Made by a program: the position numbers and the translations under genes. Below are positions 38,867 through 52,831 of a stretch of 64,000 bases of DNA, piece by piece. The DNA is from Euprymna scolopes. Its lineage: Eukaryota. Each line of letters opens with the position of its first letter. Position 1 is the stretch's first letter. Location of the stretch: the NCBI GenBank assembly GCA_053919585.1, contig CM132790.1. One strand, written 5' to 3'. The notes beneath the pieces are model-generated. The model ran no database searches. It was not told the DNA's origin and was given only the letters and a program-made list of their open reading frames with translations.

Positions 38867-39042
38867 CTACGTTTCTGCTTCTTTGATTTGGAGTTTTTCT
38901 GAACTTCCTGTCCGGCTGATGAAGAGGTAGAACATACCGTGACTGAAGCAGTCTGATTTCAGGTCTACGCCAATGGTTTTAAACGTCTGAACTTGTCTTT
39001 TATTATGCTCATTGCAAAACACACCTTCACAGGAAACATTTC
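38867..39042 (-). pseudogene. PIF1-type helicase C-terminal remnant (Helitron RepHel)
   Basis: FPVKVCFAMSI [frameshift] QVQTFKTIGVDLKSDCFSHGMFYLFISRTGS matches the FP...FAMTINKSQGQT..VG.DL...FSHGQLYVA.SR motif. Confidence 0.85.
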
Positions 39043-39739
39043 TAGATAGTACAATTACAACTACGCCGACATCCTCCCGGCCTCCGCCGACTTCCCCCCG
39101 CCCCAATATAAACAAAATGTTCTTTTTGTTAGGAGGGGGGTCAACGTGTCGGTGCTCACGTTAGGTTAAATTATCATAGAAAATTGATCTCCCAGTTTAT
39201 TGAAACTAACATTTCTTCAAAATGTCCCAGGGTCCATGAGTTCATACCATGCAAACGGTAAATTTGCGACGAGTTTGATTATCAGATTTGGTGTCAGAAG
39301 AAAAAAATCGGTTGGTGTCAAAAAATGAAAATAAATGACTTTTTTATCATAAAAATGATTATTTGTCTAATCATGAGAAAGTGAAAGGAGGCCTGGGGTA
39401 ATATTTTTGGCTCGTTTGGCTCTTTTTGGTGTTTTTTAGTAAATGCTGGGGTTGCCATCTTGCTTGGCAAACTGATATGATTACGTTGGATACTAAATAT
39501 CTTCAAATATGAATAACTACTCGTTTGCGCAAGAAATAAATGCGCAAGAAATAAATGCAATATTCGTTCTCAGCGTCCCCCAAAACATATAAAAGTCGAC
39601 AATTAAAAGGTGAATGCCGAGGGGGCGGTAAACTAAAAAATACCGATTTCTGGTAATAATTATACCAATAGCGATGTATGTGATATCATATATGGTAAAA
39701 AAATTATATTTTATATTTAATCTATATAATTATAAAACT

Positions 39740-40390
39740 CAAATGACCTTCTAACGGGTATTTTAACCCAACATCCGGTTTACGACTTCCGACATAAACA
39801 TAAACCCATAACAACGTAAACAAATAAACATAAATTGCTCCTTTTTGCAGAATTTGACCTGCGCACTAAAATATGTACGCCATTATTTAGACATTATTAT
39901 TTAACATGGGAAGGGTGGGGCCTTTTTACAACTATTCTGTACTACTACTATACTGTCACAATTTTCTTACAAATAAATCAACTTTAACCCGTTAACAACG
40001 TATTGTTTTACTGTGTACGTTTTCAGCGTCCCAATTGCTTTTTTCGCGTTTAAATTATCAAAATAAAACATTGTTAATACTTTCTGCATTTCTTTTTACA
40101 TCGTTCATTTCCGTATTACGTTTAAGTTATTTTAACGCAATTTTCTTACAAATAAATCTACATTAACCCGTTGACAACCATAAACACATTTTACAACGTA
40201 TTGTTTTACTGTGTATGTTTTCAGGGTGCCAATTTTTTCGCGTTTAAATTAAAAGATATACCAAAATTTAACTTTAAGAATTATGCTATCTGTTCAGTGC
40301 ACATTTACCTATAAGTGTGGCAAACAAATCACTTATAGTTCAATGACTGTAATTTTTTTTAATCAAAAATAAACAATTATAAACCGAACG
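39740..40390 (+). repeat. Dispersed repeat homologous to 4690-5260
   Basis: Shared blocks such as catcgttcatttccgtattacgtttaagttat and tatctgttcagtgcaca. Confidence 0.8.
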
Positions 40391-41257
40391 ATGAATTATA
40401 TTGGCGTAAAACTAATACATACAGTGAAAAAAAAACGGTAACTCAACAATAACAAATAAAAAAAGGTTTGTACTCATTCAGAGATTGATCCAGATGTAAC
40501 TCAGCGCACGCCCGGCTTTCTCCGGAACATGACGTCAACAGCCGGAGTAAGCCGAGCGTCGCCGAGAAAATTAAGCCGTCTGATAAAACATAAAACTGAA
40601 CCAATGACAATGTAGCGCGATGGTTTTCAACGCGACGCGCGTTCGCGCGAGTTGTAAATTCAAAGCAGCAAACGACAATTTTGAAGAGGAAAAAAAGAAT
40701 ATAAATTAGTAAAAAATAATGGACACCATTTCGTACTTTAACGTCAGAAAAAAACATGAATTTTATAGCCTTAAGTGAGCAGCTGGAAACACCAACTGGA
40801 GTCCTCGACTTTTGTCAAGAAAAAAAATTACTGGCACGAACGAAAACTTGGAGGTGTCAGGCTACCACATGCCGAACCTTTACATCATCCGGACTGGTAT
40901 CTTTTTTTGCCAAGTCTAGGCCTACAATTGCCATTGTGGGCGTTTGAGTAAGCAACACAGAAAGACCTCCAATACGAATGCGGAATATGATTCACGCACA
41001 CACACCATTAATACAACAACGGTCTGAGGAAACAAAAATAATATGTTTTAATATAAAAAAAAATCTATCCCACCCAGTTTTGTTTCAATTTTTCTAGTTT
41101 TCAGGTTTTTCCTTGAGAAAAAAAATAATAATAGTAATAAAAAAATAAAAATAACACCCCAAAAAACAAAGATAATTTTTTTTTCAATTGTTCTTGAAAA
41201 AACAAAAATTTACAAAAAAAAGTGTTTATTTTACTTACCTTCTCGAACAAAAAATCG

Positions 41258-42642
41258 GTCAATGTCAAGTTTCTTTCCAACTCCTCAAAAAACATTTTTA
41301 AAGGTTTTCGGTGGTGCTGAAAACGAATATCACATTTAAATTTGGGGCATATTAGTAGCTTTCATGATATGAAGAAATTTTTTTCAAAAGTAGGAATCAC
41401 TTTCCTATATAAATTTAACGTAAAATGAGCACCCACCTTCTGGCCACCTAGTAATTTCTTCATACCAAAACAAATTAACTGCTATTAGTTTTCAGAATCT
41501 CCGAAAACCGGCGCTGTTTTTTTTTTTACTAAGATTCGTTCATTTATTCATTTAGGACGCTAATTATGCTGTCAGTAAGATACAAAATCATACTTTTTTT
41601 TTCATTATACAACTTGTATAGTTGTTAATAGGTGCTTCAGCAGTTAAATGTTTCACAAAAATTCTGTTTACATTAGGGGGCTGTGGAGCCACCTAATGTA
41701 AACAGAATTTATGTGAAATATTAAATGATTCTGCTTTAATGGTTTAATGGTTAATGTAGGCATGTTACTTACGGAAAAACGGTTAATTAAACTATAGAAG
41801 CACATGTTAAAAACTATACGAATTATATAATTGAATACCCACCTAAAAAAAAAATGCTCAAGTAAGCTTACTGACGGCATTATTAGCGTCCTAACTTATA
41901 AAAAAATGAACGAATTTCTTAGTTAAAAAAAAAAAACAAAAAAAAAAACAGCGCCATTTTCGGGGGTGCTAAAAACGAAAATCACAGTTAAATTAGTTTT
42001 ATGATATGAAGAAATATTAGGTGGCCAGAAAGTGGGTGCTCATTTTGCGTCAAATGTATATAGGACAGTGATCCCCCATTTTTGAAAAAGTAATTTCTTC
42101 ATATCATGCCCCAAATTTAAATGTGATATTCGTTTTCAGCACCACAGGAGAGATGTTGCGAGCCTTTGTTTTATCGTTACTCCCATGGCAATTGCTCGTC
42201 TGAGCTCCAATCCTGGTGCCCTTTCGCCGATATTTCACGGAAAACACTCGTCTAATTGAAACCACTGTGAAAAATTTTCTCCACTCTTTATCTGTGCCAA
42301 AACCAAAACGTAGATTCCATGAACTTCTTTCTTAGAGTGCACGCCTGTGAACCCTGTTCCGTCAGCCTGTTTCCCACCTGACTCCAACTTGTACGTCTTC
42401 AAGTCCAACATAAACAAATTCCTGACGAACCGCCCCCTTAAGTATACACGTTATCAAATTTCAACATTAATGTACTGTACACGCAATAACCCTTATCCCC
42501 GAATGGCTTCCGGGCCTTGATAAGTGGTGACCACCTTGTAAAAAACACAAAAAAAACAAAAAAAAAAAAACAAAACACCGAAAACCTATAAAAGTCGTCA
42601 TTTCAAAGTATTTTGAGGAGTTAGAAAGAAACTTGACATTGC
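41258..42642. mobile_element. Foldback/MITE-like element with ~320-bp inverted arms
   Basis: 41260-41580 is inverted at 41865-42145 plus 42576-42642; gtgctgaaaacgaat subrepeats. Confidence 0.8.
42146..42575 (+). mobile_element. CR1-group LINE 3' fragment inserted in the foldback arm
   Basis: Matches 58595-58980; splits cagcaccac|cgaaaacc. Confidence 0.9.
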
Positions 42643-42681
42643 TCAAAAAATGTTTAACATTATTTATCTAAAACAATATAT

Positions 42682-42882
42682 GGTGCTAATGCAGAGAGTG
42701 ATCCGCGCTATTTTTCAAATCGTAAGTCCAGGTTTAATTAAAGTTTTATGATATATTTTTTTATTCAATTGTAAGGTTAAAGTACAGAATGGGTACAAAA
42801 CACCCTCCCCTCCTAATGTTAAGAATGGCTTTTTAAATAATAACGTTATTATTTCAGCACGGATCACTCTCTGCATGAGTAC

Positions 42883-42883
<1 letters not shown>
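42682..42883. mobile_element. Merlin-family MITE (202 bp)
   Basis: TIR ggtgctaatgcagagagtgatccg / cggatcactctctgcatgagtacc; flanks caatatat / aaatatat. Confidence 0.85.
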
Positions 42884-42937
<54 letters not shown>

Positions 42938-43716
42938 AAAATAAAACAGAACAAAAAAATATTATTATAACATTTTTCTTTACAGTTAATTAAATTTAAA
43001 ATTTAAGGTACGTTTTCTTTTCTTGTTATGCTTTCATCGGCGACGCTCGGCTTAATTTCCTCAGCGACGCTCGGTTTACTCCGGCTGTTGGCGTCATGGG
43101 ACGGAGAAAGCCGAGTTCACTCTCTGCATGAGTACCAAAAGGTTACTTAAAAATTAAGAATAAGCGAAAAAAAACCCTCCGAATTAAAAATAAAAATAAA
43201 GATTCAACTTAGAAGAATATTTCGAAATGAAAACAAATCTATTATAGAAAATATTTAATAACGTACTCAAAGAATTAAACTATCACAGTTATTCCCCTTG
43301 TTTTTCTGGTTTGAAAATTAAAAGGTTTCAGATTTACGATAATAATAAGTAAATTTAAGTTGAATAAAATCTAAATTCAAATGAAAATAAACTAAATAAT
43401 TACATTTTAAATTATATTTTTAAATAGTACAGTATTAACGAGGCTATTATGTCGAATAAGTAATATAATCGAGCTAATTATTTAAAATGATTTAATTTAA
43501 TGTGATATGCTAATAACTATAACTCAGTCGATGTACATGTAATGTGAAGAATGCTATATCAAGAAATTACGCAATAAAAATGAATGTCTCCTTTGACAGA
43601 AGTATCCTACAATGGGCATTAATATTTCTTGACCAGGAGAGGTGTACACACACTATAGACACTTTATATATTTTTGATCATAGGGAGTTGTGCACACACA
43701 AGAAGGCTATCACTTA

Positions 43717-43771
<55 letters not shown>

Positions 43772-43781
<10 letters not shown>

Positions 43782-43899
43782 AAAAGGAACACACCGTATT
43801 ATGTGTTCGTCAACGTTTCGTCTTTATTTCGAGACTTCCTCGAAATAAAGACGAAACGTTGATGAACACACAATACGGTTTGTTCCTTTTTATTTCTCT
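43772..43899. repeat. Near-perfect ~60-bp-arm palindrome, probably a PLE remnant
   Basis: ..caacgtttcgtctttatttcgag-acttc-ctcgaaataaagacgaaacgttg.. Confidence 0.85.
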
Positions 43900-43932
43900 A
43901 TTTTGTCGGAATACTATTTCCATTATTTTCAT

Positions 43933-43966
<34 letters not shown>

Positions 43967-44189
43967 CATATATGGCACATATAAAATATATTATGGGAAT
44001 TATTCACTGAAAAACACGATAAACATTTACTTACACAAGGTTGATATATTCTTGGGTTTAGCACTGTTGGTAACAGCATCGTCTACTGTTACTTCAGTGT
44101 AATTCAGATGTCTTTAAAAACATATGAATTACTGTGGAAGCAGCAGTGAATGTTTGTACAAAGCATTGTTAGATATCATTAAGACAACG

Positions 44190-44330
44190 CCGATTTCCAT
44201 GATCTGATGTGTAGAACAAATTTTCTGACTATCAAGTGAATGGTTGTTAGTTCGATCCACGCTTAGGATAGACGCTGGTCTATTTACACTAAGGACCTGT
44301 GATACAGCGACACAAGTTGTCTATGGATGA

Positions 44331-44332
<2 letters not shown>
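44190..44332 (+). mobile_element. tRNA-headed SINE-like element with a degenerate hammerhead
   Basis: Box B agttcgatcc at 44249; ctaagga-cctg(tgata)cagc-gaca-caagttg-tc; homologous to 52640-52778. Confidence 0.55.
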
Positions 44333-44386
<54 letters not shown>

Positions 44387-44774
44387 TTCAATATCGCAAT
44401 TTAAAAAATAACACTTAATTTTAATACCCATGATTAAAGAGAGAAAATAAACATCAGCTGATATATTTCGCCCTCACTTATCAAGAATTTTAGCGAGGGA
44501 TTTCTATTACCGAAGGAGAAAACGAGGAGCACTTTCTATATTTCAATAAATTGGCGTTTTTGTAATAGAAGAATATCTTAGAGGGTAATCGTGTAGAGGA
44601 AAATTTTTATATTTACAAAGAGAAGTTCTTTTTAACGAACCTATACAGTTTCCAATATTTTTGGATATTGTTTGAGTGAGCATTCACAAAAAAATGAAAA
44701 TGAGTCAGAGTTGCAATTCGTTGTGCGTTTTTTTTAAGTAAATGAAGGCCTGAGTGTATTTTTTACATAGGAGT

Positions 44775-44983
44775 CACCAAGTATCAAGGCCATGAGGTCA
44801 CTTCAGGATAAGTGTTATTGTGTGTACAGTAATAAATGGCAGAATTTCGTAGTAGTCGTTATTAATGGAAATTTGGTAGATTGGATTACTTAAGGGGGCG
44901 GTTCATCAAGAATTTGTTTATGTTGGACTTGAAGAAAACCAAGTTGTAGTCAGTTGGGAAGCAGGCAAACGAAAGAGAGTTTA
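44775..44983 (-). mobile_element. CR1-group LINE 3' tip
   Basis: Reverse complement matches cttcaagtccaacataaacaaattc..gaaccgcccccttaagt. Confidence 0.85.
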
Positions 44984-46015
44984 CTTAGAACGTTCGTTGG
45001 TTGTTACATCCCATTCTGAGTATGCTAGTTATTTGTTATATTGTAGTTTCAATCTCAACCAGGTTCAAACCACGTAGTCGGTCCTCCAACTACATTTAAA
45101 TTTATAAATTAAATTATTATGTTATGCGAATAGCACGTACGTTCGAGAGAAGGCCATTACCTGTACCGTAGAAAACCAAACACGTGCATCGAAAGTAGCA
45201 TTGTTCAAACGTTGAGTTGATTTGCTCCGCGAATTTCTCACTTATTGTCCCTTACCAAAGCAAACGAATGTAAATTGGACATTTGGTCATCGTATTTAAT
45301 TTAGTTTTTGAAAAAGTCGTTTTACTACTTTGGACCAACCCAATTACATCAAGAAGGTTATTTGATAAAGTAGTATTTAGTTTCTCCTCCAATTTTGCTT
45401 TTGAGCAATTAAGGGCACAGTGTGCTTGGGCCCAGACTTAATTATGCTTTCCTTTGTTAAAACAAAATGCATCCCAGTTTATATATACAGTCCCGTAAAT
45501 GTAGGTTAACGTTAGATTAATGTAAGGCAACTGGATTTACTTTTTCTAATCAAAACATAAAGGAAAGCTACAGTCGCATTACGCTTTTCTTCATAAGTAT
45601 ATAATTTGATGCGGGATGCTAGTTATTAATAAGAATTTTTTTCTGCTTAAGACATTGTTTTTAATTGGAAAGACAATGTGTGTTGTCTACGTATGGAATG
45701 TAGACTAAAGGTTTTAGGAGCCCAAATAATAATTGTTTCACATGGAAAAAATGTTCGCCATTATTAGTCCTGCGATTGAACCTATGCATACCCTATCTAT
45801 TTGTATATTCATCGATAAAATAAAATTCAGAAAGAGTGAGGAATAACTGGTTACGGTATACAAAATCAGCACATATAGCTAATAGCTATTGTTTCTAATC
45901 TAGGGACACAAGTAAATACGTTACTAATATCAGAGAAGCACATAAATTTATTAACAACTTGACATTTTCTAAACAATTAGTAAAATAAAATGAATTTTTA
46001 ATTCAGTATTTACTA

Positions 46016-46770
46016 CTAGCAGGAAGACTTGATGTTGTTCGGGATTCAATGATGATCAACGAATGTTTTACACTCCTATAGTTTATTGTCACTGAAATCG
46101 GTTAAATCTCCCATTTTTCAATCAAATCGATTAATTGCCTACTCTAGTTGGGAAATCATCGCGGTGCAACGGAAGAACAATTTAGATACCTGCAGTGACT
46201 TAGCGTACAATACATAGATAACCTACTCTTATTTTTCTAAAATTGTTTTGATATATAATGGCTTAAAATAAAGTTTAAATGCAAAAGTCAAATATCATGG
46301 TTCAATTGTGCTCAAAACAAAAACGCGCTTTTCAAACGTGCCCCTAGCATATTAAAGAACATAATATTGATTGTATATGACGGGTCTTACTGCTTGTACG
46401 GTGACAATGGCTTGAATTTAAGTTTAAATTGAAAATGTCAATTATAGTGCAATTGTTCTTTAAACAGAAATATGCATTTCGAACAGACCCTTGTCATGTT
46501 AAAGAACTTACTGTTAATTTTTATGTCGGGCCTTTCAGCTGGTGTGGTGATAAAACTTCTCAAATGCATATGTGATGTTAAACTGTACCAGGTGTTAACT
46601 TTGGTCAAGATCGACTGTTTCTTCTTTAATCGGATTATATCGATTATCGAATACCGATACTTATCAAAGGCATTCCGATAGAAAACGTATTCAAGTACAC
46701 TGTCAGGCACATAAAGTGCCTTCATGTGCAATGTTATCATCGCCACATCCGTTTTTCTTCATACGGAACT
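46016..46770 (-). mobile_element. Non-autonomous Helitron-like element
   Basis: A|CTAG terminus; homologous to 8010-8770. Confidence 0.65.
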
Positions 46771-48245
46771 CTCTCTCTCTCATTCTCTCTCTCTCTTTAT
46801 CTATCTATCTATCTATCTATCTATATATCTCACACACACATACACAGACACACACGGGAAAGGTCCTTTTTATATAGTAGTAGATAAGGCTCTAATAGAG
46901 GCTGTAAGATATTGAAGATCAATTTTGCAACTTATGTTGTTATGACCCCACCATAGAAACAATGAAACCTTTTGAGTTTTGAGTAAGCCATATAACATTG
47001 GACAGATACAGCCTGGGAGTCTAGTCTTATTTCCTATAGCTGAACTAAGCACACCACTTTTAACCCACTTTAACCAATATTTTTAGGAATTTAGTATCTA
47101 AGGGAGCTGTTGCATCATGAACGTCGACAGGGTCAAATTTAACACATTTTCCTGTCATTCAAAAAGGCTAACTTTTTGTCGGCATAATTCCTTACGAGTT
47201 ATACAAATAACTTTTAAACCTTTATCTATGGTTATTACTAAAGACTTATTTTGTCGTAGAGAGTTTATGGCAACGATGTGTTATTTACGCAATTTAAACT
47301 CAGAATCCGATAATGTGGTACTCGAAAATCTGTGAGCAAGATAATTTAATCTTGTTTTCAGGTCCCCAACTTTCGTCTAAAAATAAATGAGAACTAAGAA
47401 TGTCAGATTCTGAAAGAAAAAATATTTACCTTTACAACATTCCAATCCATAATCAAGCACTCGAAGTTTGGAAGGGGACAACTTATGAGAGAAGAGATGT
47501 AGGACGTTTCGTTTACATTTGTGTTTGTTGAACATCCACATATTTTTGCATATTAAAATTTGCAATTTAGCATAAAATTGAAGAACTAGCCTTTTAAGAG
47601 AACGCTTCCGTTAATAATAACACACCGTGCAAAACGAATTTTATTCTACCAGATAGAGTAACTCTAAAATTCAAGGTATTTATTTTTTAGACTTTTCGAA
47701 ATTTAATGCTGATTCCCCGATATAAAGTACAGATAAAGGCATTATAAATTTTATATTCTGGGTGTAACTTCGATTTCAAGCGGTTTCGCCTTCACTCATC
47801 AAGAACCGTGTCGGGAGGGGGGTTAATTAAAGGGAGAACAACGAGGGAAACGTTCTGATATATATATATATAATGGTGGATGTATTATAGCTAATCACGT
47901 ACTAACTGAAGAGACCCACCTGCTTCACAAAAAAAAGAGTCTCATTTTATGAACCTGAAGAGTATCCAATGTCATCATATGAAGTTTGGAATAAGGATGA
48001 CATGGAAATTATTCAATGCTAAAATTTGTTAGGATTGATGATCTCTAAGTAAAAGGTCCTTTATAAAATACACTGATATATAACAGAGAACCTTCCCTGG
48101 TTCGCAGGTCGTATTCCTGATTATACTAGATCGTTATGAGATTGTTGCGTTCTACTATCCAATCTCATCGTAATCCTCCCTACGTAGTATGTACTGCAAC
48201 TGCATTAAAAATAAGTCTCACTATTAATTGTGTGGATTTTAGATC

Positions 48246-48287
<42 letters not shown>

Positions 48288-49034
48288 TACGACAAATTAT
48301 CCTTGATATAGAACAGTATAAGATAACCGTAACTTTTTTAAATAGCCAACTGAAAGAAACTACTACTCCGATTTATATAAAATCTCCGATATATGAATGA
48401 AAGAATTATCTATTTTTTTAATTTTGACAAAACTAGTATACTTATATAAGTTATTTTACGTAGTTCGTTTGTAGCGCATTTATAACCTAATTTCCTTCCC
48501 ATATAAAATAATAAGATTTCCCATAATCGGAATAATGTACTAGAATTAATTTTTATTTCATTAGAAATACAATTGAATAGAAGAATATATATAGAAATAA
48601 AATATAATATTTGATAAACAATATAATATCGATAGAATAGAGTTTTAAATTATATTTATATTTAAAGGTAATTGAACACCACTGTTTACGTTTTTATGAA
48701 TGTGATATCGAACAGTAATTCATGTGTAATATCTTTTATTGCAAAATTAATCATTATTAAATTAATAAAAATCAGTGTTTAAAGGAAGGATTTTTTACTT
48801 CGAAAATCGATAAAAAATATATCGAGATTTCATTGCATAATACTTATTGAAACATATATAAAATACTTGATTTAGTCCAAATTGTTAGCATTGGTATGGG
48901 ATCTCAGACTGTAACATCTGCTACTTTTTAATTTTGATTATTGAGTGTTTTTTTGCATAATATCATGCATATTTTTCCCTATTCAAGCTACTATTATAAT
49001 GATTGATAATGAGATCGTATTATCATTATTATTG

Positions 49035-50061
49035 ACTCAAATGGAGCTTTCACACCAGTCAACAACCGATCAGTTTGAGGACCTGTGGTGTTCTCTGGAA
49101 GCTGAGTGACAACACGTCTCCCCAGATGTCCAGCTCCCTCCAATTCCTTCGATAGCACTTGCAGATAAATCTGCGTCATCGCAACAGCCTCACATCATTG
49201 ATTTCTCGCTGGTAGTGGCCATTGGTTTGTACTGGAATTTGAGTGGCACTAAGCCTCCCCACGATCCCAGTTCTCTTCGCGCTTGTCCAGCGGAGATCTG
49301 TCCAGCGCTCTCTCCTTGGTCTTTCCATCCTCCTTGACCCTTCTCGGCTCTTTGGTATCACTTTTCTATTGGGGGGGACGGTGATGAGACAATGGGGAGG
49401 GAGGTGCATGATGGTGGCGTAGAACTTGTTGATATGCAGCTTCGGCGATCTCCATTCCCTGTAATGCTTCTTTGTTATATTGTCTTGTGTTATTCCCCGC
49501 ATTCTTGGGTTTTCCTTAATATTTCAGCCGTTTTCTTTATCGTTAGGTGTTGTATTTTTGCAGTTATTCCTCTGATTCCAGTTCCTGCCATTTTTTTTCG
49601 AAGTTTTTTGGAATTGTTCCTAGTGCTCCTACTATTACCGGTACTATTTTGATTTTCTTCATCATCCAACTCCCTTTTAACTCTCTGGCTAGTTCTGTGT
49701 ATTTGCTTCGTTTCTCCTTTTCTTTCATACACACCCTGTGGTCAGCTGGGACAGCAAAGTCTACGATTTGACAGGATTTTTCTTTCTTGTTAATTATTAC
49801 GACATCTGGTCTTCTTTCCTGGATGGGGTTTGTCCGTCTGTATGTCCATGTCCCATAGGATTTTGTGGTTCTCGTTTTCGAGTGCTGTTGCGGGTTTATG
49901 CTTGTACCATTTGTCTGCACGCTCAAAATGCAGTCGTTTGCATAATTCCCAGTGCACTGCCCTCCCCACTTGGTCATGCCTGTTTTTGTATTCCTTTTGG
50001 GTCAGTTCGCTGCATTCACTTACAATATGGTTTATCGTTTCGTCTCTCTGTTCACATAGTC
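49035..50061 (-). mobile_element. R4/Dong-clade LINE 3' fragment
   Basis: ERRPDVVIINKKEKSCQIVDFAVPAD..EKEKRSKYTELAREL..VPVIVGALG (PD..D restriction-like endonuclease); TAT-rich tracts at both ends. Confidence 0.92.
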
Positions 50062-50122
<61 letters not shown>

Positions 50123-52639
50123 ATTATTATAACAGAAGAATAGTGTGACGACATTCTCATTTCAAATTAGCTTCTCTGACAGCCTCTTCTATTTTTTAAT
50201 AATTTCTTATGTAAAGAAATAAATTAAAAAAAATATCCTCAGGTAATAATTTACATTTCGTATTAAATGATTTCTGGTTTTCTGTATCGATCATATTATT
50301 TAATTAAATCGAACAAAAGAAGTGCACTTATTTCCTCGACACAAAAATCCGAACAGAGAGAAATACTGTTTTTTAAAGAGATTTAATAACAATTAGTAAT
50401 AATTTAAAATGCTAGCCAAAACCTAATGCTTACGATGAAGGCGTTGTTTTTTTGTTTATTATTAAATAATTTATCTATAGACTATACTTAAATTGTATAA
50501 TTGAATTGCAATAACGCAAAACAGAATTTATCGATATAAAAATATTTTGCTTTACGTGTTTAACTATCAAGGCTGGATTAACGAAAATGGGCTTATTGTA
50601 CAGACGGCGTAACGCAAATCAAAAAGGTAGATTTTGCTTAGCTAATATGAAAATAGGATCAAATAAATCTTGTGTGATATAAATCTGATTTTTATTTTGT
50701 TTCAAACATTAATTTGGGAATTGTATTTCAATACATTAAAAAAAAAATTGAAAAATTTCCAAGCATTATTAATTAAATATTTTATAAACAGACTGGCAGG
50801 GATAACCGAAGTTATCCAGGATTTAATAGAGGCTAACGAACGTCCCACACTTCCAAATCATCGAAATTTCCCAACTTTCATTAAAATCAATTGATTACAT
50901 GCTCTAGTCACTTCGGTCCACCTAGAGGAGTTTCACATGCTTCCCTACAGTAACTTAATCCACAATACGTTCTAGTCTAAATTGCACTGTATGGAATCTA
51001 CTGTTGATTTTATAAAATTATTTCTGTATAATGTAAAATTAGTTGAAGTTTAAAAAGGCAGGGTCAAATATCATGGTTCACTTGTTATCTAAACAGAAAC
51101 CTTTATTTTAAATGTGTTTCTAAAAGAAAATATGTTTAAATATAAATAATCAATATAGATATGTATATATATATATACTTGAGTATACTTTGTTTTATAA
51201 TTATAACAGCTATTTTAGTAATTATAAGTTGATAAATCGGATAAATTTTGGTTTATTTCCATTTTTTAATAGCATTTTATATTATAATAATATCATGAAA
51301 TATAACTCCGTTATAAATTTATTCAAGTTAAGTTAACGTTTATTTATAAAGTTTTTATTGAATGTTTTCAAAAAATTATTCATCTCAATTTACTTTACTT
51401 CAATGAAAACAGCAATATTGCCATATCCCCGTTGGTTACTTATATTTTTGTAATGCAATTAAAAAAGCAGCATAGGAAAATATCCGGTAATCAGGTTTGT
51501 TGTTCCAGGAATGTTGAATTGTTTACGAATTATCTAAATATCTATAAAAGTAAGAATCTATGAGTGAGGACATTTCTAAACCTATATACTCAACGAATAT
51601 TTGATCTACAAACTTGCTATTTGATATATAAAGTATTCAGATATGTGCCAAATGTTTTAATTGCTTTTCATCTGGCAAGTAAGGGCTGTTAAGGGGTCAA
51701 AATGTACAATCGGTATGTAAGGGTCATCGGGTTTTTATCTGTTTGTCAACTGTTTCAGGAATGCGCATGCGTATACTTCTAACTTTTAAACTTTATATTA
51801 GTTACATCTATCCTGCTCCTTTTTCCAGCTATTTCTTCTTTCACTCTTTCTCTTTCATTTTCTTTAAAGCCTAATATCAATCGGATGTAAATATCCGAGT
51901 AAAGGTGACATGAATAGCCTAATAATCATTACTAATTTGTCTAAATCAAATATTGTATATTTCATTTATATTTTAATATTTGATGGGACCCTACAGCTAT
52001 TTTCCTTTTCGTAGTGACGTATATTCGATTGTAATTTTAATATTTTTAATAATTTTTAATATATTAATTGAAAATATATTATTTTTCTGTAAACATTAGC
52101 AAACAAACTTTTCAGAAAAAGACGTTTGTGAAATTTTTCCATTGGGCAATAGATTTTTCCCTCATCAGGTTTTATAAGTAACATAACAATCTCTCAATTT
52201 GGTCTGGATTATAGTTTTCCTCATTGTTTTAGATCTTATCATTTTTCTTCATTGAACCTAACAACACCATGGAGTACGCTTTATTAATCTTGGCTTCTAT
52301 TAGTCTTTTCATGCATTTTTTTTTAGGTTTTCAATATATGTGGAAAATTTATGACTGCCTATATACATTATTTTGCTGAAAACGTTTCCTCTGATGAGAT
52401 TAGCTATTTATAGAAAATCAATGGATTAAGAAGAAAATGCCTTACATTTTTATATTTTTATTGTAATAATTAATTGGTCGTATTTTTTCTTATTTCAGTA
52501 AACTAAAAATACGTCGAATTAATTGTTTAACATCAAATTTTCATTTTGTTTGTTTATAAATAAACAAGTAGCTCGAGAACTGTAAAAGCGGTAGGTGAAT
52601 GTTTATTTAATGTACATTTGATGAGGTCATTTGCGAGAA

Positions 52640-52773
52640 CTGATCCATGAACCAAAGGGAAGAACTGCTTACTATCAACGTGATGGTTATAGGTTCGATC
52701 CCCGTCTGGGTAAAGGGGCTAGTCTAGCCGTATCGATGAGTTGTGATACAACGAAACAGTGACGTATGTTGAT

Positions 52774-52778
<5 letters not shown>
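52640..52778 (+). mobile_element. tRNA-headed SINE-like element with a hammerhead-like motif
   Basis: Box B ggttcgatcc at 52692; tcgatga-gttg(tgata)caac-GAAA-cagtgac-GTA. Confidence 0.6.

Positions 52779-52830
<52 letters not shown>

Positions 52831-52831
<1 letters not shown>

Larger units (their letters stand above)
40469..43136 (+). mobile_element. Merlin DNA transposon, defective, with nested insertions
   Basis: TIR (g/t)gtactcat.cagaga..ggctttctccg..acagccggagtaa; perfect 8-bp TSD AAAAGGTT at 40461-40468 and 43137-43144; ORF start at 40756 (MNFIALSEQL..LDFCQEKKLL) resembles a Merlin transposase N-terminus. Confidence 0.85.

Noticed and set aside
47428-47545. Possible minus-strand exon ending at AAG|GTAAAT
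   Set aside because: No convincing acceptor and no recognisable product.
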